DNA from: Candidatus Portiera aleyrodidarum
GTDB taxonomy: Bacteria > Pseudomonadota > Gammaproteobacteria > Johnevansiales > Johnevansiaceae
Direction: 5' to 3'
Length of the DNA: 32,000 nt
NCBI RefSeq assembly: GCF_000953295.1
Contig: NZ_LN649255.1
Span: 30,001-62,000 of the forward strand
A model generated the notes under the pieces. That model was not told the DNA's origin. It did not search any database and saw nothing but the letters and a program-made list of their open reading frames with translations. Shown piece by piece: positions 1-8,862 of the stretch; positions within the stretch are counted from its first letter, which is position 1; each line of letters opens with the position of its first letter. Made by a program: the position numbers and the translations under genes.

Positions 1-732
1 TATGATCCATCTTTAGATGGTAGTAATGATATTAATTATGGAATTTATATTTCTAGAAAAATTATGTATGATATAATAAATTTAGGATTACCTATTTCTA
101 ATGAAATATTAAATCCTATTACCGTTGGATTTTTTGAAGATCTGATTAGTTGGGGGGCGATTGGAGCTAGAACTACAGAATCTCAAATTCATAGAGAAGT
201 TGTTAGTGGTTTATCTTTTCCTATTGGTTTTAAAAATGGAACAGATGGAAATATATCTCAAGCTATTGATGCAATAAAAACAGCAGAGAATAAACATTTT
301 CATATTGGGATTGATCAAAAAGGAAGAATTTCTACTATAAAAACAAAAGGTAATATAAATACACATTTAATACTTAGAGGGGGAATTAATGGACCTAATT
401 ATTATAAAAATAATGTGATTTTATATTGCCAAGCAATGAAACGGCAAGGTATTAAAGATAAAATTATGGTAGATTGTAGTCATTCTAATAGTGGAAAAAA
501 ACCTGAAAATCAACAAGATGTATTAGAAAATATATTAGAACAGAGAATAGATGGTAATAAATCTTTAATTGGAGTTATGTTAGAAAGTAATATAAATAGT
601 GGGACACAAAAAATAAGCAAAAATCTTAAATATGGAGTATCAATAACTGATGGCTGTTTAAGTTGGGTAGAAACAGAAAAACTACTTCGAAAGACTGCAA
701 TAAAAATGCGCCAAAATATAAAAAAATTATAA
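1..732 (+). CDS. aroG: 3-deoxy-7-phosphoheptulonate (DAHP) synthase, class I; 3' portion only, 5' end lies outside the window
   Basis: The frame is open from base 1 (YDPSLDGSNDINYGIYISRK...), upstream of the ORF-track ATG at 64. Conserved class I DAHP synthase blocks are present: GARTTESQIHRE, GFKNGTDGN, ILRGG, VDCSHSNS. The isozyme (Phe/Tyr/Trp-sensitive) cannot be decided from sequence, so the symbol is nominal. Confidence 0.9.
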   Translation, partial: YDPSLDGSNDINYGIYISRKIMYDIINLGLPISNEILNPITVGFFEDLISWGAIGARTTESQIHREVVSGLSFPIGFKNGTDGNISQAIDAIKTAENKHFHIGIDQKGRISTIKTKGNINTHLILRGGINGPNYYKNNVILYCQAMKRQGIKDKIMVDCSHSNSGKKPENQQDVLENILEQRIDGNKSLIGVMLESNINSGTQKISKNLKYGVSITDGCLSWVETEKLLRKTAIKMRQNIKKL

Positions 733-753
733 AAGGTTATTTATTTTTTAAAA

Positions 754-3033
754 ATGATAAAAACACATATTTTAGGATATCCACGTATAGGCACAAATAG
801 AGAATTAAAAATAGCATTAGAATCATATTGGAAAAACGAGATTGATTTAAAAACATTAGAAAAAATTGGAAAAAAAATTAGAGTTAAAAATTGGATTACA
901 CAATATAAAGCAGGATTATCTTATGTAACTGTAGGAGATTTTTCTTATTATGATCATGTTTTAAATCTTACTGCAATGATAGGCTCAATTCCTAAACGAT
1001 TTAATCATCTTGAAAAGAGTTTGGTTGATATAAATACATATTTTCATATGGCTAGAGGATGTACAAGAAAAGGAAATCCTATTTATGCATGTGAAATGAC
1101 AAAATTTTTTGATACAAACTATCATTATATTGTACCTGAATTAGAAATAAATAAAGATTTTTATTTATCCAATAATAATCTTTTTAATGAAGTTAAAGAA
1201 TGTCAAAATTTAGGTTTGAAACCCAAAGTAGTATTAATTGGTCCTCTAACTTATTTGTGGCTAGCAAAATCATCTATTAATAAACTTAATTTTTTGCCAT
1301 CTTTAATTAATGTGTATTCTAAAATATTAAAAAAATTAGAAAAACAAAACGTTGAATGGGTACAATTAGACGAACCAATATTAGTATTAGAAATACCAAA
1401 AATATGGAAAGATTCTTTTGAAAGAGCTTATAAAAATTTATCAAAAAAAATAAAAAAATTAAAAATAATGATAGCTTCTTATTTTGGAGGACTAGGTAAG
1501 AATTTAGATATGGTTTTATCATTACCTATAAAAAATATACATATTGATGTTGTTAGAGCACCTCAAGAATTAAATTTAATTGTAGAAAAATTTCCTAATG
1601 ATAAGATTTTATCTATTGGAATTATAGATGGTAGAAATATTTGGAAAGCAAATTTAAAAAAGATTTTAAAAAAATTAAAAAAAATTAATATTGTTCTTAA
1701 AAATAGAATATGGATTTCATCAAGTTGTTCTTTATTACATATACCAATAGATCTTAATAAAGAAAAGAATATAAATAAAAAAATTTTAAATTGGTTATCT
1801 TTTGCAAAACAAAAAATAGATGAAATAGTTATTTTATCTAAATGTATAAATAATGATTTAAAAAATGAAAAATATATTAAAGATTATACAAAAGCAATAG
1901 AATCAAGAAAAAAGTGTTATATGGTAAATTCTAAATCTGTAAAAGAACGTATAAAAAAAATAAAAAAGAATTATTTAATTCGTAATAAGTCATATTTACA
2001 ACGGAAATTTTTACAAAATAAAAAACTTAACTTACCTTTATTACCAACTACTACAATAGGTTCATTTCCTCAAACAAAGATAATAAGACTTGCTAGAAAA
2101 AAATTTAAAATAGGTAAAATAAGTATTGAAACTTATGAACAAATAATGCGGTATCAAATCTTGTTTATTATAGCTAAACAAAAAAGTTATGGGATCGATA
2201 TGTTGGTACATGGTGAACCAGAAAGAAATGATATGGTAGAGTATTTTGGTGAAAACCTAAAAGGATTTCTATTTACTAATAATGGGTGGGTCCAAAGTTA
2301 TGGCTCACGTTGTGTTAAACCTCCAATAATTTTTGGAGATGTAGAACGTAAAAATCAAATTACTGTAAGATGGATTAAATATGCACAATCAATAAGTTTA
2401 AAACCTGTTAAAGGTATGTTAACAGGTCCAGTTACAATATTACAATGGTCTTTTGTAAGAGATGATCAACCTAAAGAAATAACATGTAAACAAATAGCGT
2501 TAGCTTTACGTGATGAAGTTAAAGATTTAGAAAAATTAGGTATTAAAGCTATTCAGATAGATGAACCAGCTTTGCGTGAAGGTTTACCTTTAAATAAAAA
2601 ATATTATAAATATTATTTAAATTGGGCTATTTCATGTTTTAAAATTTCATCCTCTGTAGTAAAAGATGAAACACAAATTCATACCCATATGTGTTATTCA
2701 CAATTTAATGATATTATCGCTTTTATCTCTGAAATGGATGCAGATGTAATAACTATAGAAACAGCTAGATCAAATATGACCTTATTAAATGCTTTTAAAT
2801 TTTTTGAATATCCAAATGACATTGGCCCAGGAATATATGATATACATACTAGAAATGTACCAAGTATTGAAGATATGATTTTTTTAATAAAAAAAGCAGC
2901 AAAAAGTATTCCTATCGATAGAATATGGGTAAATCCTGATTGTGGTTTAAAAACTCGAAAATGGAAAGAAGTAGATTATTCATTAAATAATATGGTAAAA
3001 GCAGCTTATGAATTAAGAAAAATTTTTAATTAA
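754..3033 (+). CDS. metE: Cobalamin-independent methionine synthase (5-methyltetrahydropteroyltriglutamate-homocysteine S-methyltransferase)
   Basis: 759 aa. The N-terminus HILGYPRIG and the two-domain length fit MetE. The C-terminal Zn-site motifs HTHMCYS and NPDCGLKTR are present. Confidence 0.97.
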   Translation: MIKTHILGYPRIGTNRELKIALESYWKNEIDLKTLEKIGKKIRVKNWITQYKAGLSYVTVGDFSYYDHVLNLTAMIGSIPKRFNHLEKSLVDINTYFHMARGCTRKGNPIYACEMTKFFDTNYHYIVPELEINKDFYLSNNNLFNEVKECQNLGLKPKVVLIGPLTYLWLAKSSINKLNFLPSLINVYSKILKKLEKQNVEWVQLDEPILVLEIPKIWKDSFERAYKNLSKKIKKLKIMIASYFGGLGKNLDMVLSLPIKNIHIDVVRAPQELNLIVEKFPNDKILSIGIIDGRNIWKANLKKILKKLKKINIVLKNRIWISSSCSLLHIPIDLNKEKNINKKILNWLSFAKQKIDEIVILSKCINNDLKNEKYIKDYTKAIESRKKCYMVNSKSVKERIKKIKKNYLIRNKSYLQRKFLQNKKLNLPLLPTTTIGSFPQTKIIRLARKKFKIGKISIETYEQIMRYQILFIIAKQKSYGIDMLVHGEPERNDMVEYFGENLKGFLFTNNGWVQSYGSRCVKPPIIFGDVERKNQITVRWIKYAQSISLKPVKGMLTGPVTILQWSFVRDDQPKEITCKQIALALRDEVKDLEKLGIKAIQIDEPALREGLPLNKKYYKYYLNWAISCFKISSSVVKDETQIHTHMCYSQFNDIIAFISEMDADVITIETARSNMTLLNAFKFFEYPNDIGPGIYDIHTRNVPSIEDMIFLIKKAAKSIPIDRIWVNPDCGLKTRKWKEVDYSLNNMVKAAYELRKIFN

Positions 3034-3044
3034 TCTATTGCAGC

Positions 3045-3383
3045 TTATCTATTATTTTTTTCTTCAATACCAGAAATCCCTATACGGGAAGATAATTCTT
3101 CTAAAATTTCTGTGTGTAAGATATCTAAATAAGAAATACAAATTAAAGTATGAAACCATAAATCAGCTGTTTCTTTTATTATTTCATAACGTAAAAAATT
3201 ATCTTTATAATTTTTTTCTTTAAATTTTTTAGTAACTATAATTAATTCATTGGTTTCTTCTTTAATTTTCTTTAAAATTTTTTTTATACCTTTATTATAT
3301 AATGAAGATACATAAGATTTTTTAGGATCTGACTTTTTTCGGGCTGTTAAGATTAAAAATAATTTATTTAAAATTTTATCCAT
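3045..3383 (-). CDS. hisE: Phosphoribosyl-ATP pyrophosphatase
   Basis: 112 aa small all-helical protein. The pattern SYVSSLYNKGIKKILKKIKEETNE...ETADLWFHTLI matches the HisE/MazG-like PRA-PH family. It sits 12 nt downstream of hslU on the same strand. Confidence 0.85.
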   Translation of the reverse strand: MDKILNKLFLILTARKKSDPKKSYVSSLYNKGIKKILKKIKEETNELIIVTKKFKEKNYKDNFLRYEIIKETADLWFHTLICISYLDILHTEILEELSSRIGISGIEEKNNR

Positions 3384-3395
3384 ATAATTTTTTTA

Positions 3396-4700
3396 TCAAA
3401 GTATATATTTTGTTAAATCTTCTTTAGGTGCTAAAGAAGCCATATTCTTATTTACATATTCTTTATTTACTATTATTTTTTTTTCTATTTCATTACCTTT
3501 ATACATAGGTACTTCTAATAACATTTCCATAACAGTATGTAATCTACGGGCACCTATATTTTCTGTACATTCATTAAATTCATAAGCTAGTTCAGCAATA
3601 CGTTTAATCCCTTCTTTAGTAAATTCTATTTCAATCCCTTCAGTGCTAAGTAATGCTTGATATTGTCGTGTCAAAGCAGAAGATGGTTCTGTAAGTATTC
3701 TTTCAAAATCTTTTGGGGTCAAAGCTGATAATTCAACATGAATTGGTAATCTACCTTGTAATTCAGGAATTAAATCAGATGGTTTTGATAAATGAAATGC
3801 ACCAGAAGCTATAAAAAGTATATGATCTGTTTTTATCATCCCATATCTTGTTGATACTGATGAGCCTTCGATTAATGGTAATAAATCTCTTTGAACGCCT
3901 TCTCGAGATACTTCAGTTCCACTCTTATCTCCACTTCTCCTAACAATTTTATCAATTTCGTCTATAAAGACTATACCATTTTGTTCTACTGCTTCAATTG
4001 CACTTTTTTTTATGGTCTCATCACTTATTAATTTTGCTGATTCTTCTTCCATTAATAATTTTCTTGCTTCTACAATAGTAATTTTTCGGTTTTCACGATT
4101 TTGTTTATTTATATTAGAAAATATACTTTGTAACTGATTAGCCATTTCTTCCATACCAGGTGGAGTCATAATATCAATCCCTGATACTTTTTGAGTTATC
4201 TTAATATCTATTTCTTTATTTTCTAATTCCCCATTACGTAATTTATTTATAATAATTTTACGATTTTCAATATTATCATTTTCTTTATTTTTATTTGATG
4301 CTAAGATTGCATCTATTATTCTTTCTTCTACTGCATATTTTGCTTTATTTATTATTTGTTTATTAGCTTTTTCTCTTACTAATTTTATAGCAATTTCTAT
4401 TAAATCACGTATTATAGATTCCACATCACGACCAACATAACCAACTTCAGTAAATTTTGTAGCTTCAACTTTAATAAAAGGTGCATTAGCTAATTTGGCT
4501 AATCTTCTTGCAATCTCTGTTTTTCCTACACCTGTTGGCCCAATCATTAAAATATTTTTTGGCGTTATTTCAGCACGTAAATTATAATCTAATTGCATTC
4601 TTCTCCATCTATTTCTTAATGCAATAGCTACAGCTTTTTTTGCTTTTTCTTGTCCAATAATATATTTATTTAATTCTTCTACTATTTTTTTTGGAGTCAT
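3396..4700 (-). CDS. hslU: ATP-dependent protease HslVU, ATPase subunit
   Basis: 434 aa. Contains [17 protein letters not shown], Walker [16 protein letters not shown], and [10 protein letters not shown]. It lies directly downstream of hslV. Confidence 0.97.
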   Translation of the reverse strand: MTPKKIVEELNKYIIGQEKAKKAVAIALRNRWRRMQLDYNLRAEITPKNILMIGPTGVGKTEIARRLAKLANAPFIKVEATKFTEVGYVGRDVESIIRDLIEIAIKLVREKANKQIINKAKYAVEERIIDAILASNKNKENDNIENRKIIINKLRNGELENKEIDIKITQKVSGIDIMTPPGMEEMANQLQSIFSNINKQNRENRKITIVEARKLLMEEESAKLISDETIKKSAIEAVEQNGIVFIDEIDKIVRRSGDKSGTEVSREGVQRDLLPLIEGSSVSTRYGMIKTDHILFIASGAFHLSKPSDLIPELQGRLPIHVELSALTPKDFERILTEPSSALTRQYQALLSTEGIEIEFTKEGIKRIAELAYEFNECTENIGARRLHTVMEMLLEVPMYKGNEIEKKIIVNKEYVNKNMASLAPKEDLTKYIL

Positions 4701-4732
4701 ATAATTATACCAACCATTTTTATTTAATTTAT

Positions 4733-5254
4733 TTATTCCAATAATTCTATAGTAATATTTTTATTTGTAAAAACACATATTTCAGCTGCTATCTTAATAC
4801 TTTTTTTTACTATATCAAAAGCTGAGATAGTAGTATTTTCTAACAGAGCCCTAGCCACAGCATTAGCGTAATTTCCACCTGATCCAATAGTAATTATGCC
4901 ATTTTCAGGTTCTAAAATATCTCCAATTCCAGTAATAATTAAAGATATATTTTTATCAGCTACTGCTAACATAGCTTCTAATCTACGTAAAACTCTATCA
5001 TTTCTCCATTCTTTTGCTAATTCAACTGAAGCTTTAATTAAATTACCTTGATATTTTTCAAGTTGTGCTTCAAATAATTCAAATAATGTAAAAGCATCAG
5101 CTGTCCCTCCAGCAAAACCAGATAATACTTGACCTTTATATACTTTACGGACTTTAGAAGCATTACTTTTAATTACTGTATTACCAAGTGTAACTTGCCC
5201 ATCTCCAGCTATTGCAACTTTATTATTTCTTCTTACTGATACTATTGTAGTCAT
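4733..5254 (-). CDS. hslV: ATP-dependent protease HslVU, peptidase subunit
   Basis: 173 aa. The N-terminus MTTIVSVRR carries the catalytic Thr after Met. GDGQVT and GSGG blocks are present. Confidence 0.97.
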   Translation of the reverse strand: MTTIVSVRRNNKVAIAGDGQVTLGNTVIKSNASKVRKVYKGQVLSGFAGGTADAFTLFELFEAQLEKYQGNLIKASVELAKEWRNDRVLRRLEAMLAVADKNISLIITGIGDILEPENGIITIGSGGNYANAVARALLENTTISAFDIVKKSIKIAAEICVFTNKNITIELLE

Positions 5255-5352
5255 TTATATAACTCTATTAATTTATTTTTTATAAAAATATTTTACTATT
5301 ATTATAATATATATATAATATATTAATATAATTATTTTAATTAAAAAAAATT

Positions 5353-5565
5353 ATGAAAAAAAATCTTCATCCTAAATATAAGAATGTTATGATAAAATGT
5401 GTTTGTGGAAAAATTTTTAATATAAAATCAACATTAAAAACAAATTTGATTATTGAAATTTGTTCAAATTGTCATCCTTATTACACTGGCAAACAAAAAA
5501 AAATAAATATAGGTAATAGAATTGAAAGATTTAATAAACAATTTGGTAAAAAATATATTATTTAA
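5353..5565 (+). CDS. rpmE: 50S ribosomal protein L31
   Basis: 70 aa. Contains MKKNLHPKY and the Cys pairs CVCG...CSNCHPYYTGKQ typical of Zn-binding L31. Confidence 0.93.
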   Translation: MKKNLHPKYKNVMIKCVCGKIFNIKSTLKTNLIIEICSNCHPYYTGKQKKINIGNRIERFNKQFGKKYII

Positions 5566-6089
5566 TGTTATATAAGAATATTATTCTTATAGGTCCAATG
5601 TTATCAGGGAAAAGTACAATTGGGAAAAATTTATCTAAGATATTTAATTGTAATTTTTATGATATTGATAATGAAATTGAAAAAATTTGTGGTTGTAAAA
5701 TTTATGAAATTTTTTTATTAGAAGGAGAAAAAAGTTTTCGTAAAAGAGAAAATAAAATAATAAAAGATTTTTATAAAAAAAATGGAGTAATAATTTCCAC
5801 AGGGGGTGGAAGCATAATTAAATTTAAAAATAGAAAGTTATTAAAAAATAATAATATTCTTATATATTTATATACTTCAGTAAGTTATCAAATAAAACGT
5901 CTAGATAAGATATTTAATAATCGTCCGTTATTAAAATGTTATAATTATAAAAAAAAATTAAATAAAATATTTAAAATTCGTGAACCTATTTATCATTATA
6001 TTGCTGATATAATTATAAACACTGAAAAAAAAATTGAATTAATTATTAAAGAAATAAAAAAAAGGATAAAATTTATTGAAAATAATTAA
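5565..6089 (+). CDS. aroK: Shikimate kinase
   Basis: 174 aa. P-loop LIGPMLSGKSTIG, followed by FYDIDNEIE, FRKRE and STGGG blocks. Its start overlaps the rpmE stop (TAATG), and it is followed by aroB as in the conserved aroK-aroB pair. Confidence 0.87.
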   Translation: MLYKNIILIGPMLSGKSTIGKNLSKIFNCNFYDIDNEIEKICGCKIYEIFLLEGEKSFRKRENKIIKDFYKKNGVIISTGGGSIIKFKNRKLLKNNNILIYLYTSVSYQIKRLDKIFNNRPLLKCYNYKKKLNKIFKIREPIYHYIADIIINTEKKIELIIKEIKKRIKFIENN

Positions 6090-7170
6090 AATAAATATTT
6101 TAAATAGTAGTTATCCAATATTTATCGGTCCAGGTTTATTAAAAAAAGGTATATATTTCCCTTATATATTTGGTAAACAAATAATGATTGTAACTAATAA
6201 AATTTTATCATCATTATATTTAAACCTATTAAAAAAAAAATTACTTTTATATACTGTAAAAGTAATTATTTTACCTGATGGCGAAAAATACAAAAATATT
6301 TCATCAGTTAATAATATATGGGATTTACTTATAAAATATGGGTTTAATCGTAAGAGTACATTAATTTCATTGGGTGGGGGTGTAATAGGAGATATTTCTG
6401 GTTTTACTGCCTCTTGTTATCAAAGAGGTATTTCTATTATTCACATTCCTACAACCTTATTATCTCAAGTAGATTCTTCTATTGGTGGTAAAACTGGTGT
6501 GAATCACGAAAAAGTTAAAAATATGATTGGATCTTTTTATCAACCAAAAGCAGTAATTATAGACACAGATATAATTAATACATTAAATAATAGAGAAATA
6601 TCTGCTGGTCTATCTGAAATTATCAAATATAGTTTAATATGTGATTATAATTTTTTTAAATGGATAGAAAAAAATATAAAAAAATTATTAAAACTAGATA
6701 AAAAAAAATTAAAATTTTCTATTTTAAAAAGTTGTATTATTAAATCTAATTTTTTTATAAAAGATGAAAAAGAAAAAAATATAAGAACTTTACTTAATTT
6801 AGGACACACATTTGGGCATTCGATAGAACAATATAAAGGATATGGTAAGTGGTTGCATGGCGAAGCCATTGCGGTTGGAATAATGATAGCAACAAAAATA
6901 TCAATATATTTAGGTAAAATTAAAGAAAAAAATTTATATAGAATATCTAATTTATTATTAAAATCTAATCTTCCTATATATATTCCTCTAGATATGAAAT
7001 CAAAAAATTTTATTAAATTAATAAAATTAGATAAAAAAAATTTATATGAAAAGATAAGATTAATATTATTAAATAATATAGGTAATGCTTATATAAAAAA
7101 TAGTATAAATGAAAAAGTTTTATGTAAGATAATAGATTTTTTACCTAAAAAAAAATATATTAGTAGGTAG
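6076..7170 (+). CDS. aroB: 3-dehydroquinate synthase
   Basis: 364 aa. Contains GGGVIGDISGFTASCYQRGI, DSSIGGKTGVN and LNLGHTFGH..E blocks. The putative TTG start at 6076 overlaps the aroK 3' end. A start this far upstream is required because the conserved SYPI block lies near the N-terminus. Confidence 0.92.
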   Translation: MKIIKINILNSSYPIFIGPGLLKKGIYFPYIFGKQIMIVTNKILSSLYLNLLKKKLLLYTVKVIILPDGEKYKNISSVNNIWDLLIKYGFNRKSTLISLGGGVIGDISGFTASCYQRGISIIHIPTTLLSQVDSSIGGKTGVNHEKVKNMIGSFYQPKAVIIDTDIINTLNNREISAGLSEIIKYSLICDYNFFKWIEKNIKKLLKLDKKKLKFSILKSCIIKSNFFIKDEKEKNIRTLLNLGHTFGHSIEQYKGYGKWLHGEAIAVGIMIATKISIYLGKIKEKNLYRISNLLLKSNLPIYIPLDMKSKNFIKLIKLDKKNLYEKIRLILLNNIGNAYIKNSINEKVLCKIIDFLPKKKYISR

Positions 7171-7178
7171 CGTCCATT

Positions 7179-8834
7179 ATGCTTATCTCAACACCCCAAG
7201 CTTCTAAAGCCAAAAATAAATTATCAAATAAAAAAAATAGTTTATTTACCCCATTAACTTTTAAACCTTTTAGAATAATATGGTTTGCAGATTTAATAGC
7301 AAATTTAGGTACATGGGCTCAATCAGTCGCGTCGGTTTGGATATTAACTGAATATCATGCTAGCTCGAGAACGTTAGCAATGATACAAGTAGTTACAGCT
7401 TTACCTTTAGTATTGTTATCTATTATTTCTGGAGTTTGGGCAGATAATTACGATCGCCGTAAAATTATGTTAATGGGAATGGTTTTAGAATTTACTGGTG
7501 GTGCTTTAATAACTTCTTTCGCTTTTCTTGGTTATTTAACTTCTACAAAATTAATATTATCTATATTAGGAATGTCAATTGGGGCTTCTCTAGCAGTCCC
7601 AGCATGGCAAGCAGCAATAAATGAACAAGTTTCTAAAAATCAAGTTACAAATGCTGTAATTTTAAATAGTGTTAATTATAATTTTGCAAGAGCAGTAGGG
7701 CCAGTAATAGGTGGTTTGCTTATAAAGACATTTGGTACTGCATGGGTTTTTTTACTCAATTGTTTATGTTATTTAGGATTAATTTGGGCTGTCTGGAAAT
7801 GGAAACAAATTTACCCTAAACGAATTTTACCACCTGAACATATCTATGAAGGTGTAATTTCAGCATTAAAATTTGCTAAATATTCTAAAGTTATGAGATT
7901 TGTTATGTTAAGATCTTTTGTTTTTGGTCTTTCAGCTAGTGCATTATGGGCTTTACTTCCTGTATTAGCTCATAATAATACTCATTTAGTAGCACATAAG
8001 ACTAAAACAGCTTCAATATATGGATATATGTTAGGAGCATTAGGGACAGGAGCGATTATTGGGAGTGCAATAGTAAAGAAATACTGTAAAATAGTAGATA
8101 CTAATAAAATGATTAGTTTTGCTTCTATATTATTAAGTATAGTAATGTTATTAATTGGAATTTTAAATATAAAATTGTTAATGTTTGGGGCTCTAATGGT
8201 AGGTGGCAGTTGTTGGATAACAGTATTAGCAAGTTATAATTCCTCTGTTCAAATGTTAGTACCAGATTGGGTAAAAGCTAGAGCTTTAGCACTTTATCAA
8301 ACTACATTATATGCTGGTTTAGCAATTGGATCATTTTGTTGGGGACATCTAGCTGGGATTATAAATGTTAAAATTGGATTAGTAATAGCAGGTTTCTTAT
8401 TATTAATATCTACTATTGCTTTATTAAATTTAAGATTACCAAAAGTAGATGAGAAAAATAAGAGTATAAGACATATAGAACCTAAATATAATAAAAAGAA
8501 ATTAGAATTTTATAAATATAAAGAATCAATAATCTTATCTATTGAATATTGTATTCCTGTAAATAAAAAAAATGAATTTATTAATCTTATAATAAAATTA
8601 AGAAATGTTAGATTACGTAATGGTGCAAAATCTTGGTCATTATATCAGAATGTTGAAGATAAAGAAGTGTGGCAAGAAATATTTTTAATACGAAATTGGT
8701 TACAATATTTAAGAATGTTAAGTAGAATAACAATTGCAGATAAAATAATTATAGATAAAGTTAATAAAATGCATAGGGGGATAAAACCACCTAGAACATA
8801 TCAAGGAATACAACAAATAAAACCAAAGAAATAA
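7179..8834 (+). CDS. MFS transporter (MFS_3 / EntS-like 'transmembrane secretion effector' type) with an extra ~130-aa C-terminal soluble domain
   Basis: 551 aa. The N-terminal FRIIWFADLIANLGTWAQSVASVWIL...LPLVLLSIISGVWADNYDRRKIM pattern fits this family. About 12 hydrophobic segments run to roughly aa 415. A K/N-rich linker and a non-membrane tail follow (SIEYCIPVNKKNEFINLIIKLRNVRLRNGAKSWSLYQ...). Confidence 0.85.
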   Translation: MLISTPQASKAKNKLSNKKNSLFTPLTFKPFRIIWFADLIANLGTWAQSVASVWILTEYHASSRTLAMIQVVTALPLVLLSIISGVWADNYDRRKIMLMGMVLEFTGGALITSFAFLGYLTSTKLILSILGMSIGASLAVPAWQAAINEQVSKNQVTNAVILNSVNYNFARAVGPVIGGLLIKTFGTAWVFLLNCLCYLGLIWAVWKWKQIYPKRILPPEHIYEGVISALKFAKYSKVMRFVMLRSFVFGLSASALWALLPVLAHNNTHLVAHKTKTASIYGYMLGALGTGAIIGSAIVKKYCKIVDTNKMISFASILLSIVMLLIGILNIKLLMFGALMVGGSCWITVLASYNSSVQMLVPDWVKARALALYQTTLYAGLAIGSFCWGHLAGIINVKIGLVIAGFLLLISTIALLNLRLPKVDEKNKSIRHIEPKYNKKKLEFYKYKESIILSIEYCIPVNKKNEFINLIIKLRNVRLRNGAKSWSLYQNVEDKEVWQEIFLIRNWLQYLRMLSRITIADKIIIDKVNKMHRGIKPPRTYQGIQQIKPKK

Positions 8835-8862
8835 AATAATATATAAAATTTTATATATTATT
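8835..8862. terminator. Perfect 28-bp AT-only palindrome between convergent genes; possible bidirectional terminator hairpin
   Basis: AATAATATATAAAA/TTTTATATATTATT (14+14 nt, no loop) starts 1 nt after the MFS stop and overlaps the rne stop codon. T-rich sequence follows it on both strands. The stem is A/T only, so stability and significance are uncertain in this composition. Confidence 0.3.

Noticed and set aside
1319-1522. 67-aa minus-strand ORF from the ORF track
   Set aside because: It lies entirely antisense within the well-conserved metE. The product is low-complexity (F/L/I-rich) as expected from translating the complement of K/N/E-rich AT-biased coding sequence, and it has no recognisable motif.
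3038-3223. 61-aa plus-strand ORF
   Set aside because: It is antisense to hisE, whose product has clear family motifs. The peptide is low-complexity.
5255-5352. Divergent hslV / rpmE promoter calls (including a sigma-32 heat-shock promoter), and likewise -35/-10 calls in 10507-10599 and 16013-16245
   Set aside because: In such AT-rich sequence, TATAAT- and TTGACA-like hexamers occur everywhere by chance. I could not find a uniquely convincing, correctly spaced pair, so no promoter features are reported.
6645-6869. 74-aa minus-strand ORF
   Set aside because: It is antisense within aroB. This is an AT-bias artefact.
7179-8834. Calling the MFS gene a horizontally acquired island
   Set aside because: The higher G/C content may simply reflect hydrophobic amino-acid content. 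cspA and the LysE-family gene show the same trend. There are no flanking repeats, tRNA-adjacent integration site, integrase or other island hallmarks. I kept it as a finding to test, not as a mobile element.
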